From: Bacteroidales bacterium UBA3764
Lineage (GTDB): Bacteria > Bacteroidota > Bacteroidia > Bacteroidales > UBA932
Reading direction: 5' to 3'
DNA length: 62,118 nucleotides
Assembly (NCBI GenBank): GCA_002371115.1
Contig: DFFY01000056.1
Coordinates: 1 to 62,118, forward strand
In this document: positions 34,946 to 44,666 of the stretch, piece by piece
How positions within the stretch are numbered: position 1 is the first letter of the stretch
Layout of the letters: every line of letters starts with the position of its first letter
Notes under the pieces: generated by a model
Seen by the model: the letters and a program-made list of their open reading frames with translations, nothing else
The model's database searches: none
What the model was told of the DNA's origin: nothing
Made by a program: the position numbers and the translations under genes

Positions 34946-37277
34946 ACTGGCCCTGCCGCTGCTGATGGCGGCGGCTTGCGCCAAAGAGTATCCCGTAAAC
35001 GTTTCTGAAACGGAGGGCGCGGTCCTTACCGTAAGCCTGCCCTATTCCGAGACGAAGACGGCTCTGGGAGAAAAGGCGGAACAGCTGTATCCCGTCCTAT
35101 GGAAAGAGGGTGACTGCCTGTCCCTCAACGGCGCATCTTCCCTGCCGCTGACGGCCGAGGAAGCCGGAGCCGCAAAGGCGGGATTCGTGTTCCGCGACGG
35201 GTTGTCCTCCCCTTACAACCTGCTGTACCCCGTGAGCGGAGAAAAAGACCTGGTTGTCTTCCCCGAAACGCAAGTATATGTACCGGGCGGGTTCGACCCG
35301 GCGGCCGTTCCCATGTGGGGCAGCAGCGCAACGTATTCCACCGTTACCCTCCGGCACTTCTTCTCCTTAGTGCGCATCACGGTTAAAACGGCTTCTCCGA
35401 GGGTGCTCAAGCGCATCACCCTCACGGCGCTGGGAGGCGAACCCATCAGCGGCTCCTTCCGTGCCGGAACGGACGAAAACGGAGCGTTCAACGGCAGCCT
35501 GACGGTGGAAGACGGCGCTCCGGAACTGGTCTATTCCTTCGGAGAGGAGGGGTTGCAGCTCCAAGCGGGAGAAACCGCCACCGCCTATATTTCCATCCCC
35601 ATCGGGAAGTATGCCAACGGTTTCAAGGCCGTTGTCGGCACCGCCGGCCAGGAATACCGTCAGCTGCGGTTCTTCTCCGCAGGACGGACGGTAGTTCCGG
35701 GGAAGGTCCTGGAATTCCCGGAAAAGGATTTCGAGGACTGCACAGTCATCTGGGAATACTTTGTGTCGGCCTCCGGTAACGGAAACGGCAAGAGCGAGGA
35801 CCAGCCCATGTCCATCTCCGCCATGCTGGAACTCCTGCAGAATTCCGACGGCACGGAGCTGCAGGACGCCACTTTCCATTTCACGGAAGGGTCGCATGCC
35901 ATTACGGAGCCCCTCGTCCTGCCCGACACCGATGCCTACGACAATCCAGTATCCTATACCATAACGGGCGACAAGCATGCCGTGCTGGACGGCGGCGGAG
36001 CCTCACGCATCTTTGAATTCAAGAACCCGTGCAGCGGTGTTGTTATCAAGGACCTTACGTTGACCAACGGCTCGCAGGAAACGGGCGGACTTGTTCTCAT
36101 CCAGAACACCGAGGCGGTCTTTGACAACTGCACCTTCACCAATACCACCTCCACCGGAGCCGGCGGTGCCGTGCGCGTGGATACGGCCAGCAAGGGCGCA
36201 GGAACCTTCAACGGCTGCACCTTCTCCAACTGCACCGGGCAAAACGGAGGCGCCATCGTCATCACCAATGCAAATACTTCTCTGACGCTTACCGACTGCG
36301 TCTTCTCCGACAACCAGGCCACGGCCAGCGGCGGCGCCCTCTATTCCACCAACGGGATAACGACGCTCCGCAATTGCAGCTTTACCGCAAACAAAGCCGC
36401 CAACCTGGCCGGCGCCACTTACATTACAACCGGGACCGTCCACTTTGACACGGGATGCACGCTCCGTTCCAACTCGGCCGTCAACGGCGGTGGAGCTGTC
36501 TCCATTGACGGAGCCGGGACCGCGTACTTCAACGGGTGCGTCCTGGACAAGAATACCTCCAAACTGGGCGGCGCGTTCTATACGACAGACAACAAAGCCG
36601 CAAAATACTATGTGAACGCCTGCGTTTTCACCGACAACACGGTTAGCGGCGGCAACGGACACGCCATTTACCTGAACACATCCAACGCAGCCAATTTTGC
36701 CACGCTGTGCATCAACAACTCTACGTTGTACAATACGGCAAACATGACCGGAACCAATGCTTCTCTGGTATGTAATAAAGGGAAAACCATCATTACCAAC
36801 TCCACTTTATATGGCACCACCTCACAATGGGGCACTTACGCCCTTGGCTGCCATAAAAACTACGCGGACCCCTATGGCTGCCTCCTGCTGAACTGCATTT
36901 TCATCAACACCGCAGCCGGAAAGCCCGCCATTTTCCAGACGGGGGCCAACTACTACGCCATTGCCAAGAACTGCATAGCCTCCAACGTGAGCAGCAATAC
37001 CCAGTTCACACAGACCAACGTGATTATCGAGCCGCCCGTACTGACCTGGAACGGAACGCTGTTCACCTGGGACGGAAACACCACGCTTCCCCATTGGAGC
37101 AGGCTGGACACCGAGACGGAACTCTCCGGAAGTACGTATGCCCTGGCTTCCAACTTCCTTGCCTGGCTCAAGAGCATCAAGTATAACATGGACGGAATAG
37201 AGTATGACGCGCTGGATGTTGACCAGACGGGGCATCTGCGCAGTGAATACTCCTGGGCCGGCGCTTATCAGAAATAG
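34926..37277 (+). CDS. Lipoprotein with fimbrillin-like N-domain and Pmp-like beta-helix (paralogue 3)
   Basis: Lipobox AAAC, ETKT, W.EGD, YNLLYP, EYFVSASGNGNG, GGA/FxxN repeats. Confidence 0.82.
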   Translation: MNWHSIKLALPLLMAAACAKEYPVNVSETEGAVLTVSLPYSETKTALGEKAEQLYPVLWKEGDCLSLNGASSLPLTAEEAGAAKAGFVFRDGLSSPYNLLYPVSGEKDLVVFPETQVYVPGGFDPAAVPMWGSSATYSTVTLRHFFSLVRITVKTASPRVLKRITLTALGGEPISGSFRAGTDENGAFNGSLTVEDGAPELVYSFGEEGLQLQAGETATAYISIPIGKYANGFKAVVGTAGQEYRQLRFFSAGRTVVPGKVLEFPEKDFEDCTVIWEYFVSASGNGNGKSEDQPMSISAMLELLQNSDGTELQDATFHFTEGSHAITEPLVLPDTDAYDNPVSYTITGDKHAVLDGGGASRIFEFKNPCSGVVIKDLTLTNGSQETGGLVLIQNTEAVFDNCTFTNTTSTGAGGAVRVDTASKGAGTFNGCTFSNCTGQNGGAIVITNANTSLTLTDCVFSDNQATASGGALYSTNGITTLRNCSFTANKAANLAGATYITTGTVHFDTGCTLRSNSAVNGGGAVSIDGAGTAYFNGCVLDKNTSKLGGAFYTTDNKAAKYYVNACVFTDNTVSGGNGHAIYLNTSNAANFATLCINNSTLYNTANMTGTNASLVCNKGKTIITNSTLYGTTSQWGTYALGCHKNYADPYGCLLLNCIFINTAAGKPAIFQTGANYYAIAKNCIASNVSSNTQFTQTNVIIEPPVLTWNGTLFTWDGNTTLPHWSRLDTETELSGSTYALASNFLAWLKSIKYNMDGIEYDALDVDQTGHLRSEYSWAGAYQK

Positions 37278-37279
37278 CC

Positions 37280-38113
37280 ATGAAGAAACTGATACTGTCA
37301 TTTGCGGTGTTTTCCGCACTGGTTTCCTGCTCGCAGGAATGGAAACCCGGCCCGGACCCCGTGGTCCGGGAGCAGGGGAGATGTGTCTTCAAGGCGCAGA
37401 TAGAACTGCTGCAGGGTAGTTGGGTGTGGAATGCCGCCACCGACAAGGTGGGCATCTATGCCGACAATCTTGTCAATACGCCTTTCGTGCCACGTGTGGC
37501 CTATGACGGCAAGGAAGGAATCGCTGAACTGATGGGAGAAGGCGCCATGGGCCAGGTCTATGCCTATTTCCCCTACCGTTCCCTTGGAGAAGAAGCTGCC
37601 CTGACGGGCCGTCAGCCGCTGCCGGAACAGCAGACGTACCAAACCGGCAGCGCAGAGCAAATCCAAAGGAACACGACCCTTGTCGCCGTGGCCGATGAAG
37701 ACGGGCTCCTGCGTTTCCGCTACCTGTGCGGAACCCTGCACCTCCAGATAAAGATGCAGTTTGCAGAAAACGTCCAAAGCGTAACGCTTACCTCGGCAGT
37801 TCCCGTTACGGGCTGGCTGGATGTGACAGGCGTGGAAGAGGAGTCCCTGCTGTATCCCGGCTACAGCGTAAGCGTCACCGGGATTGACCGTCCCTGCACG
37901 GGGACCGCGCCGTTAGATGTATGGATTATGTTGCCTGAAGGCACCTACAATAGCTTTTCCGTCACCGTCTCCGGAGCGGAAGAGTCCCTTTCCACGGTTG
38001 TGGAGGGCCCGTTCCAGGTGAATGCCGGAGAGGAGACCTCCACGACGGCAGAGGAGAAAAAAGTGGACTATGACGGTGGCTTCCTTGAAGCAGAGGAGGT
38101 TGACTATGACTAA
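37280..38113 (+). CDS. Fimbrillin-like lipoprotein without an adhesin domain
   Basis: Lipobox LVSC, W....DKVGI, VYAYFPY, LP..QTY, acidic tail DYDGGFLEAEEVDYD. Confidence 0.65.
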   Translation: MKKLILSFAVFSALVSCSQEWKPGPDPVVREQGRCVFKAQIELLQGSWVWNAATDKVGIYADNLVNTPFVPRVAYDGKEGIAELMGEGAMGQVYAYFPYRSLGEEAALTGRQPLPEQQTYQTGSAEQIQRNTTLVAVADEDGLLRFRYLCGTLHLQIKMQFAENVQSVTLTSAVPVTGWLDVTGVEEESLLYPGYSVSVTGIDRPCTGTAPLDVWIMLPEGTYNSFSVTVSGAEESLSTVVEGPFQVNAGEETSTTAEEKKVDYDGGFLEAEEVDYD

Positions 38114-38462
38114 ACGATTTATTCTGACAAGCCTGGCCGCCATCCTGCTGGCCGCCTGCGCCAAAGAGGCCTTCACCCCCATGGGCAAACGCCTCGGAGA
38201 ATACACGGTGGAATCCGACGCCGGACAGTTTCCGGTGCTGATACAGGCCGACGGGATATGGAAAGCCGTATCCCTTGAAGACTGGATTACCGTGGATGAT
38301 GCCTGGCATCGTGACCGGTACACCGTCATCGTCCACTATGGCTCCAACCAATCCATCGAAGGCATGCACCGGCCCGCCCGCGAGGGGAAAGTCCTCATTG
38401 AGACGGCCGACGGCGCCGAGTGTGACACCCTTATCATTCACCAAAAAGGTCTGCAGTTATGA
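38106..38462 (+). CDS. BACON-domain lipoprotein
   Basis: LAAC lipobox, W.A....DWITV, Y.SN....R.G.V.I, L.I.Q. Confidence 0.7.
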   Translation: MTKRFILTSLAAILLAACAKEAFTPMGKRLGEYTVESDAGQFPVLIQADGIWKAVSLEDWITVDDAWHRDRYTVIVHYGSNQSIEGMHRPAREGKVLIETADGAECDTLIIHQKGLQL

Positions 38463-38974
38463 AAAAGCTCCTTCTCATTTTGACCGCTTTTGCGCTGTGC
38501 CTTACTGCCTGCACAAAAGCCGGAACCATCGACCATCATATTTCCGCGGAGTTCCCGGCCACGGAAGCCATGGAGGAGATTACCGTCAGTTTTGGCGGCG
38601 ATGCGGACATTGTGATATCGGACACCGGCGTCACTTCCGACCTTGCGGGAATCACAACCGAAACCCTCTCCGACGAGGGCATGCTGGTCCGCTATAAGAA
38701 CCTGGCCCTCTTTACCGGAGCCTGGACAGACCTGGACAGCCTGTTGGAAGAGACGTTCTGGACCCGTCCGGCCCTCCAGTGGATTTATGCCGGAGATTTT
38801 GCCTCCATGGAGGAAGACTTTGCCGCGACAGGTTTTGTCAACTGCCTGAGGGCAAGGGGCCTGGATGCGTCCGGAAACAGCCTTTATGCCAGCAGCAACA
38901 CCTACGACAAAATACGCAGCCTTTCGGCAACGCCGCTGCGTTTCACAGTAATGGTTAAGGAGGAAGTGCAGTGA
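38459..38974 (+). CDS. Hypothetical lipoprotein
   Basis: LTAC lipobox, translationally coupled on both sides. WIYAGDF hints at a partial EEP fold. Confidence 0.65.
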   Translation: MKKLLLILTAFALCLTACTKAGTIDHHISAEFPATEAMEEITVSFGGDADIVISDTGVTSDLAGITTETLSDEGMLVRYKNLALFTGAWTDLDSLLEETFWTRPALQWIYAGDFASMEEDFAATGFVNCLRARGLDASGNSLYASSNTYDKIRSLSATPLRFTVMVKEEVQ

Positions 38975-41900
38975 AAAGAGTATTCCTATTGATTGTCCTG
39001 CTGCTTGGGGCAGGCTTGAGCGGTTTCTCCCAGCAGAAACGTACCATTACCGGCCAGGTCGCCGGAGACGACGGCATGCCCATTCCCGGAGCGGCCGTTC
39101 TCATTCAGGGAACCGGGAACGGCGTTATCACGGACGAAAACGGCAAATACAGCATCCAGGCCGGCAGTTTTGACGTCCTGGTGTTCAGCAGCCTGGGCTT
39201 CAAGGACGATGTCCAGAGCGTCAACGACCGCAAACAAATCAACGTAGTTCTGGTGTCGGACACCAAGGTGCTTGACGATGCCGTCGTCATTGGCTACGGC
39301 ACCCAGAAGAAGTCGGACCTTACCGGCTCCGTGGGCATTGTGAGCATGGAAGAGATTCTCTCCCCCGCCACCGGCTCCACGGACCTGGCGCTCCAGGGCC
39401 GGATTGCGGGCGTAGATATCCTTTCCGGCGGCGGTGAACCCGGCCAGGCCACCTCCATCCGCATCCGCGGCACCCGGAGCATATCGGCCGGAAACGACCC
39501 GCTCATCGTGGTGGACGGGGTGGTGGACGCCGTCGAGAGTTTCTCCGACATCAATCCCGACGATATCAAGAACATCACCGTGCTCAAGGACGCCTCCTCT
39601 ACCGCCATCTACGGCGCACGCGGCTCCAACGGCGTCATCCTGGTGACCACCAAGGGCGGAAACACCGGCTCCAAGGTGTCGCTCACCTTCTCCGCCAGCG
39701 TGGGCATGAGCGAACTGCCCAGGAAACTGGACATCATGAACGCCACGGAGTTTGCCCAGTTCAGAAACGACTACCGCCTCATGTCCTCCTACGGACAAAG
39801 CACCGGAACCCAGCCCTACCACCCCCAGAACAGCGAACGGTATCCGTTCGAGGATCCTTCCGTCTATGGTCAAGGGACGGACTGGCAGGACATCCTTACC
39901 CGGAAAGCCCTGCAGCAGGAATACAAGATGGCCATGAACTATGGCGACTCCAAATCCCACAGCTACGCCTCCTTCGGCTATGAGAAAAGGGACGGTATAG
40001 TGATAGGCACAGGGATGGAGAAATACACGGCCCTCCTGAAACTGGACCGCAAGATATTCTCCTGGCTCAAGGTGGGCTTCAGGGGCAACTTCGCCATCCG
40101 CCGCAACGACCGCAACTCGGTAACCATCAACGGCGTGGGAAACGGCTCGGCCGTCTGCCTGAGCCCCCTGGTGGGCCCCACCGACGAATGGAACCGCTAT
40201 TCCGATGAAGGCGGCAGCGGCGGCTCCGTTTACAACAGCCCCTACCTCATTGCCACCCAGGCCACCAACTATGTGAATATCAAGTACCTGAATTTGGCCC
40301 CCTGGGTGGAAATCTATCCTTTCAAGGGCGCCACCCTCAAATCCACCTTCTCCGCCGGATGGACGGACAACGACGCCTATTCCTATTCTCCGGCAACGCT
40401 GCCGTTGGCTAAGGTCAGGAAGACCGGCGGCACCGCTGCACGCATTACCGACGACAGGACTTCCATCCTGAGCGAAACCACGCTCTCCTGGAAAAAGACG
40501 TTCAAGAAAAGCCACAACCTGGAGGTGATGGGCGGCTTTACGGCCGGAAGGAAAACCACCAATTACAAATACACCCGGGGCGTAGGCTACCTGGACGACA
40601 ACGTGGGGCCCTACAACATGGGCGCCATCATGGACCGCCGCAACCTGACGGAGCGCAGTTCCCTCTCCTACATTCAGCGTCTGTCGTTCCTGGGAAGGGC
40701 CAACTATTCCTATAAGAGCCGATACCACTTTACGGTAACGGCCCGGTATGACGGGTCGTCCAACTTTGCCCAAGGCCACAAATGGGGATTCTTCCCGGCA
40801 GCCGCTTTCCGCTGGAGCATTTCCAACGAGCCCTGGATGGCGGGCGCGAAAGCCAACGGCCTCACCAACCTGTCCCTGCGCCTGAGCGCCGGCCGGAGCG
40901 GCAACGACGCCATCTCCAGCTACGTGTCGCAGCAGGCCCTCACCAGCGAGCTCTCCACCTGGCTTTTCGGCGAGAGCCAGCAGCTTTCCACCTATCCCAC
41001 CCGCTTGGACAACCAGTCCCTCACGTGGGAAAAGACCGACAGCTACAATGCGGGCCTGGACGTTTCCCTTCTGAACGACCGCGTCACCATCACGGCCGAT
41101 GCCTTCCTGTCCAATACGAAAGATCTTCTCCTGAAAGTGCAGAATCCCAAACAGACCGGTTTCGACAGCCGTTTTGACAATGTCGGAAACACCCGGAGCT
41201 GGGGTTGGGAACTGGCCATTTCCTCCAGGAACATCGCCACCCAGCACTTCAGCTGGAGGACGGACCTCACCCTGAGCCACAACAATTCCATCGTCACGGA
41301 CATCGGTGCGGAATACGAGCAGGTAGCCACTTACACCAACAGCTCCCAAATGCTGTATGGGTACAAGGTGGGCTATCCCGTGAACGCCCTCTGGGGCTAC
41401 AAGTTCGGCGGCGTGTGGCACAACGCAAAAGAAAGGGAGGACAACGAGACCACCCGCACATGGGTCTCCTACCAGCAGGTGGACGGCTATGCCAAATATG
41501 CCGACCTCAACCATGACGGCATCCTGGACTACCGCGACCAGGCATACCTGGGCTCGGCGGACCCCATCGTCTTTGGCGGCCTGCAGAACACCTTCACCAT
41601 CAGGCAGTTCTCCATAGGCGTGTATTTCACCTACTCGATAGGCGGATACATCTACAACCTGAGCGAGTTCAACCTGGGGTCCGGCATCAACAATACCAAC
41701 AAATACCGGTATATGATGGACTGCTGGCATCCCGTGAGGAACCCCGAAGGAAACCTGCCCAGCGCTTACGCGCAGGACGCCTATCGCTCCGACCGCTATG
41801 TCCACGACGCCTCCTACCTGCGGCTCAAGACCTTGAGCGTCAGTTACACCTTCGACCTCTCCAAGAAGGTGAAATGGGCCAAGGACCTTTCCCTGAGCGC

Positions 41901-42042
41901 CTATATCGACAACCTTTTCCTGATAACCGGATATAACGGATACGACCCCGACATATCCTCCTCTTCGTCGGTCCGCCGCTTAGACAATGCGGCCTACCCC
42001 AATCCCAGGACTTACATGTTCAGTTTAAAATTCCGCTATTAG
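38971..42042 (+). CDS. susC: SusC/RagA TonB-dependent transporter
   Basis: VVIGYGTQKKSDLTGSV, LQGRIAGV, SIRIRG, DIKNITVLKDASSTAIYGARGSNGVILVTTK, LTWEKT, DASYLRLK, YPNPRTY. Confidence 0.96.
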   Translation: MKRVFLLIVLLLGAGLSGFSQQKRTITGQVAGDDGMPIPGAAVLIQGTGNGVITDENGKYSIQAGSFDVLVFSSLGFKDDVQSVNDRKQINVVLVSDTKVLDDAVVIGYGTQKKSDLTGSVGIVSMEEILSPATGSTDLALQGRIAGVDILSGGGEPGQATSIRIRGTRSISAGNDPLIVVDGVVDAVESFSDINPDDIKNITVLKDASSTAIYGARGSNGVILVTTKGGNTGSKVSLTFSASVGMSELPRKLDIMNATEFAQFRNDYRLMSSYGQSTGTQPYHPQNSERYPFEDPSVYGQGTDWQDILTRKALQQEYKMAMNYGDSKSHSYASFGYEKRDGIVIGTGMEKYTALLKLDRKIFSWLKVGFRGNFAIRRNDRNSVTINGVGNGSAVCLSPLVGPTDEWNRYSDEGGSGGSVYNSPYLIATQATNYVNIKYLNLAPWVEIYPFKGATLKSTFSAGWTDNDAYSYSPATLPLAKVRKTGGTAARITDDRTSILSETTLSWKKTFKKSHNLEVMGGFTAGRKTTNYKYTRGVGYLDDNVGPYNMGAIMDRRNLTERSSLSYIQRLSFLGRANYSYKSRYHFTVTARYDGSSNFAQGHKWGFFPAAAFRWSISNEPWMAGAKANGLTNLSLRLSAGRSGNDAISSYVSQQALTSELSTWLFGESQQLSTYPTRLDNQSLTWEKTDSYNAGLDVSLLNDRVTITADAFLSNTKDLLLKVQNPKQTGFDSRFDNVGNTRSWGWELAISSRNIATQHFSWRTDLTLSHNNSIVTDIGAEYEQVATYTNSSQMLYGYKVGYPVNALWGYKFGGVWHNAKEREDNETTRTWVSYQQVDGYAKYADLNHDGILDYRDQAYLGSADPIVFGGLQNTFTIRQFSIGVYFTYSIGGYIYNLSEFNLGSGINNTNKYRYMMDCWHPVRNPEGNLPSAYAQDAYRSDRYVHDASYLRLKTLSVSYTFDLSKKVKWAKDLSLSAYIDNLFLITGYNGYDPDISSSSSVRRLDNAAYPNPRTYMFSLKFRY

Positions 42043-42043
42043 T

Positions 42044-43705
42044 ATGAAGAAGATTCTTTTTGCCTTGCTCGCGTGCGGCCTTGCAACAGCCTGCTCCCTG
42101 GATGAGAAGATTCTCTCTTCCTCCACGCAGGAAACCTATTACAAAACGGTGGAGCAGTGCATCACCGGCCTGAACGCCTGCTACACCAATATCCGGAACA
42201 TTTACAACAACAAGGAATACTTTGTTGTTTGCGAAGGACAGAGCGACCTGCTGTATATCAACCGCTCGGACCAGCCCAACGCCGTTTTGATGGTCACGCC
42301 TTCCACCCCGCGCTTCGGCTCCACCATGTGGACCTACTGCTATATTGGCGTGAGCCGGGTCAATTCCGTGGAAGCCGCCATCCTGCGCTCGCCGCTTTCC
42401 GATGCGGAAAAGGCGCCGCTCCTTGCAGAGGCCACCGTGCTGCGCAGCCTGTTCTTCTACATCCTTACCGCCAACTTCGGCGACGTTCCCTTCTACAAGG
42501 ACGAGGTTACGGACCAGACCAACGACCGGATTTCCCGCCTGCCCCGGATGAGCGCCTCCGAGATCCGTGACATCCTGATTGCCGACCTCCACAAGTGGAT
42601 TCTGGAAGAAGGCGCCCTGGACATGAAGCGCACCCATGACCTTTCCAATGCCCAGTACTGCCGCGCAGGTGCCTCCCTCGGGCTCATGCTGGGCGGAAAA
42701 TTCTGCCTCTGGCAGCACCGCTGGGCCGACGCCGTCACGTTCTTCTCCGCCCTTGAAGACATTTACGGGGACCTGTCCCAGTATCCCGTTTCCGACATTC
42801 CCTTCGCCAACCGCCAGACGCCCGAGAGTATCCTGGAGATTTCCAACATCGCCGTCGATTACGGCCTGCAGGTCCAGGGGACATTGGCATCCATCTGCAC
42901 GCCTTACCGAAAAGTATCGTCGGCCGAAGGCGAAGAGGAGGACGATGAAGACGAGCAGGCTCAGATGACGGGTGACATCTACGACGGGATAGGCATTCCC
43001 GAACTGGGAGACCAAATGCGCACCCAGACGCCTTTCCGGCCCACCAAACGCTTCTACCAGAAGCTCATGCCATATTCCTCCACCGACTTGAGACGCGCCG
43101 CCTATTCCAGCACGGGCGATCCCATCGAGGGGGGCGGCGGTTATCTGGCATGGGGCTGGCCCGGCTACTACCCGGACGATGACCGGACCCTCTCCCCCAA
43201 GGTGTTCCGCTTTTTCAACAGTCCCAAGAACGCAAACGGGCGGCCCTACCTTGGCAACAAGTTCTGGTGCTTCGGGATGCAGTACAACCTTGACAGCAAC
43301 AGCTACAAAGTGTTCCGCTATGCCGGAGCCATCCTGGGCCTCGCGGAAGCGTGGTTCATGCGGGAAAATGACGAAAAGGCCTGCCATTACCTGAACATGG
43401 TGAAGAAGCGCGCGGGTATCCCCACCGTGACCCCGGGAAACTTCAGCGTCCACGAAGACCTCCTCCACGAGATTCAGGACGAATATGCACGGGAGCTCTT
43501 CGGAGAATTCCAGCGCAAACACGACCTGGTGCGCTGGGGCATCTGGTACGACATGGTATGGAAGTATAACGTTGAGGCGGAGAACAACACCCGTCTCCGC
43601 GCCAACATGAAACCCTGCCACGAATACTATCCCATTCCCGACGACCAGATCATCAACTCCCACGGAGCCCTGGACAACAAGGAATATAACAAGTACGGCC
43701 TATGA
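42044..43705 (+). CDS. susD: SusD/RagB nutrient-binding lipoprotein
   Basis: Lipobox, EA..LR...FY.L...FGDVP, FRYA..IL..AEA, LN.V.KRAG, E.ARELFGE.QRK.DL.RWG, YYPIP. Confidence 0.94.
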   Translation: MKKILFALLACGLATACSLDEKILSSSTQETYYKTVEQCITGLNACYTNIRNIYNNKEYFVVCEGQSDLLYINRSDQPNAVLMVTPSTPRFGSTMWTYCYIGVSRVNSVEAAILRSPLSDAEKAPLLAEATVLRSLFFYILTANFGDVPFYKDEVTDQTNDRISRLPRMSASEIRDILIADLHKWILEEGALDMKRTHDLSNAQYCRAGASLGLMLGGKFCLWQHRWADAVTFFSALEDIYGDLSQYPVSDIPFANRQTPESILEISNIAVDYGLQVQGTLASICTPYRKVSSAEGEEEDDEDEQAQMTGDIYDGIGIPELGDQMRTQTPFRPTKRFYQKLMPYSSTDLRRAAYSSTGDPIEGGGGYLAWGWPGYYPDDDRTLSPKVFRFFNSPKNANGRPYLGNKFWCFGMQYNLDSNSYKVFRYAGAILGLAEAWFMRENDEKACHYLNMVKKRAGIPTVTPGNFSVHEDLLHEIQDEYARELFGEFQRKHDLVRWGIWYDMVWKYNVEAENNTRLRANMKPCHEYYPIPDDQIINSHGALDNKEYNKYGL

Positions 43706-44046
43706 AAAAGCTGATAATTTGCGTGATGGCCATGCTCCTGAGCCTGTGGGCATGCCAAAAACCCTATGTAACCACCATAGAACTGGGGGTGAACCATGAA
43801 GAGATTCTTCTTTCTTCGCCGGAGAAAGGGCACTGCTTCATCACCGTTTTCTCCAACGGCAGCTGGACCATCAAGCTGTCTCCCGAGGTAAGCTGGGCCC
43901 GCCTGGACCGCAGCGGCGGAGAAGGGATAGCCTATCCCCGCCTGGACTATGACGAGAACCTTGAGCCCACGGAAAGGGTGGCGACGCTTGTTGTCGAAGG
44001 ACAGGGCAAAAAATGTGAAATCAAGATAACCCAGCCTGCGGAATGA
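43702..44046 (+). CDS. BACON-domain lipoprotein
   Basis: SNGSWT, SWA.L....G.G, YDEN....R.A.L, I.I.Q. Confidence 0.8.
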   Translation: MKKLIICVMAMLLSLWACQKPYVTTIELGVNHEEILLSSPEKGHCFITVFSNGSWTIKLSPEVSWARLDRSGGEGIAYPRLDYDENLEPTERVATLVVEGQGKKCEIKITQPAE

Positions 44047-44666
44047 TGAAAAAGTATATTGTACTGCTTTGTGCGGCGGCATGCCTGTGCGCCTGCCAGT
44101 CCCTTCTTCCCGAGAAGGTGGAAATAGTTTCCCTGGGCATGGTTCCGGAGAGCATCACCGTCCCGGTCGGCGCCGGAGAAGACGGCGTAAGGGTCATTGC
44201 CGACAGGGACTACGCCGTGGAGGTTCTTTCCGGCCGGGAATGGCTGACTCCCGGCATCAGCAGGAGCGACACCTTGTCCTTCTCCTTCAAGGCCAATGAC
44301 GGATTCCGCCGCAGCGCCGTCCTCAAAATCAGCGCCGGCGGGAGGGAAGACCGGCTTCTGGTAAAACAGGCCGGTCCTTACCAGGAAACGCTTTCACTTT
44401 CCACCCATTCCGTCACCGTGCCGGCGGCCGGCGGCGCGGTGGCCGTCAGGGTCCATTCCAACCTGCCGTCCGACTACTTCAGCGTATCGGCCTCCAATGA
44501 CAAGGTCATTTCTGGCCTGAAGCTCACCGCCTATGAACTATCCTTTATCGTACTCCCCACAACCAACAGAGACAAAAGAACGTACACGGTAACCGTATCC
44601 TACGCCGACGGCTGGGGCGAAACCCTGGAAGATTCCGTGAATATCCTGCAGGAAGTTTATGAGTAA
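44043..44666 (+). CDS. Tandem BACON-domain lipoprotein
   Basis: LCAC lipobox, EWL, AN.G.RRSA.L.I, V.Q.G, and a second similar repeat. Confidence 0.75.
   Translation: MMKKYIVLLCAAACLCACQSLLPEKVEIVSLGMVPESITVPVGAGEDGVRVIADRDYAVEVLSGREWLTPGISRSDTLSFSFKANDGFRRSAVLKISAGGREDRLLVKQAGPYQETLSLSTHSVTVPAAGGAVAVRVHSNLPSDYFSVSASNDKVISGLKLTAYELSFIVLPTTNRDKRTYTVTVSYADGWGETLEDSVNILQEVYE

Noticed and set aside
5341-37277. Diversity-generating retroelement as the source of LRR or adhesin variation
   Set aside because: No reverse transcriptase in the window, and I saw no repeat pair differing specifically at adenines
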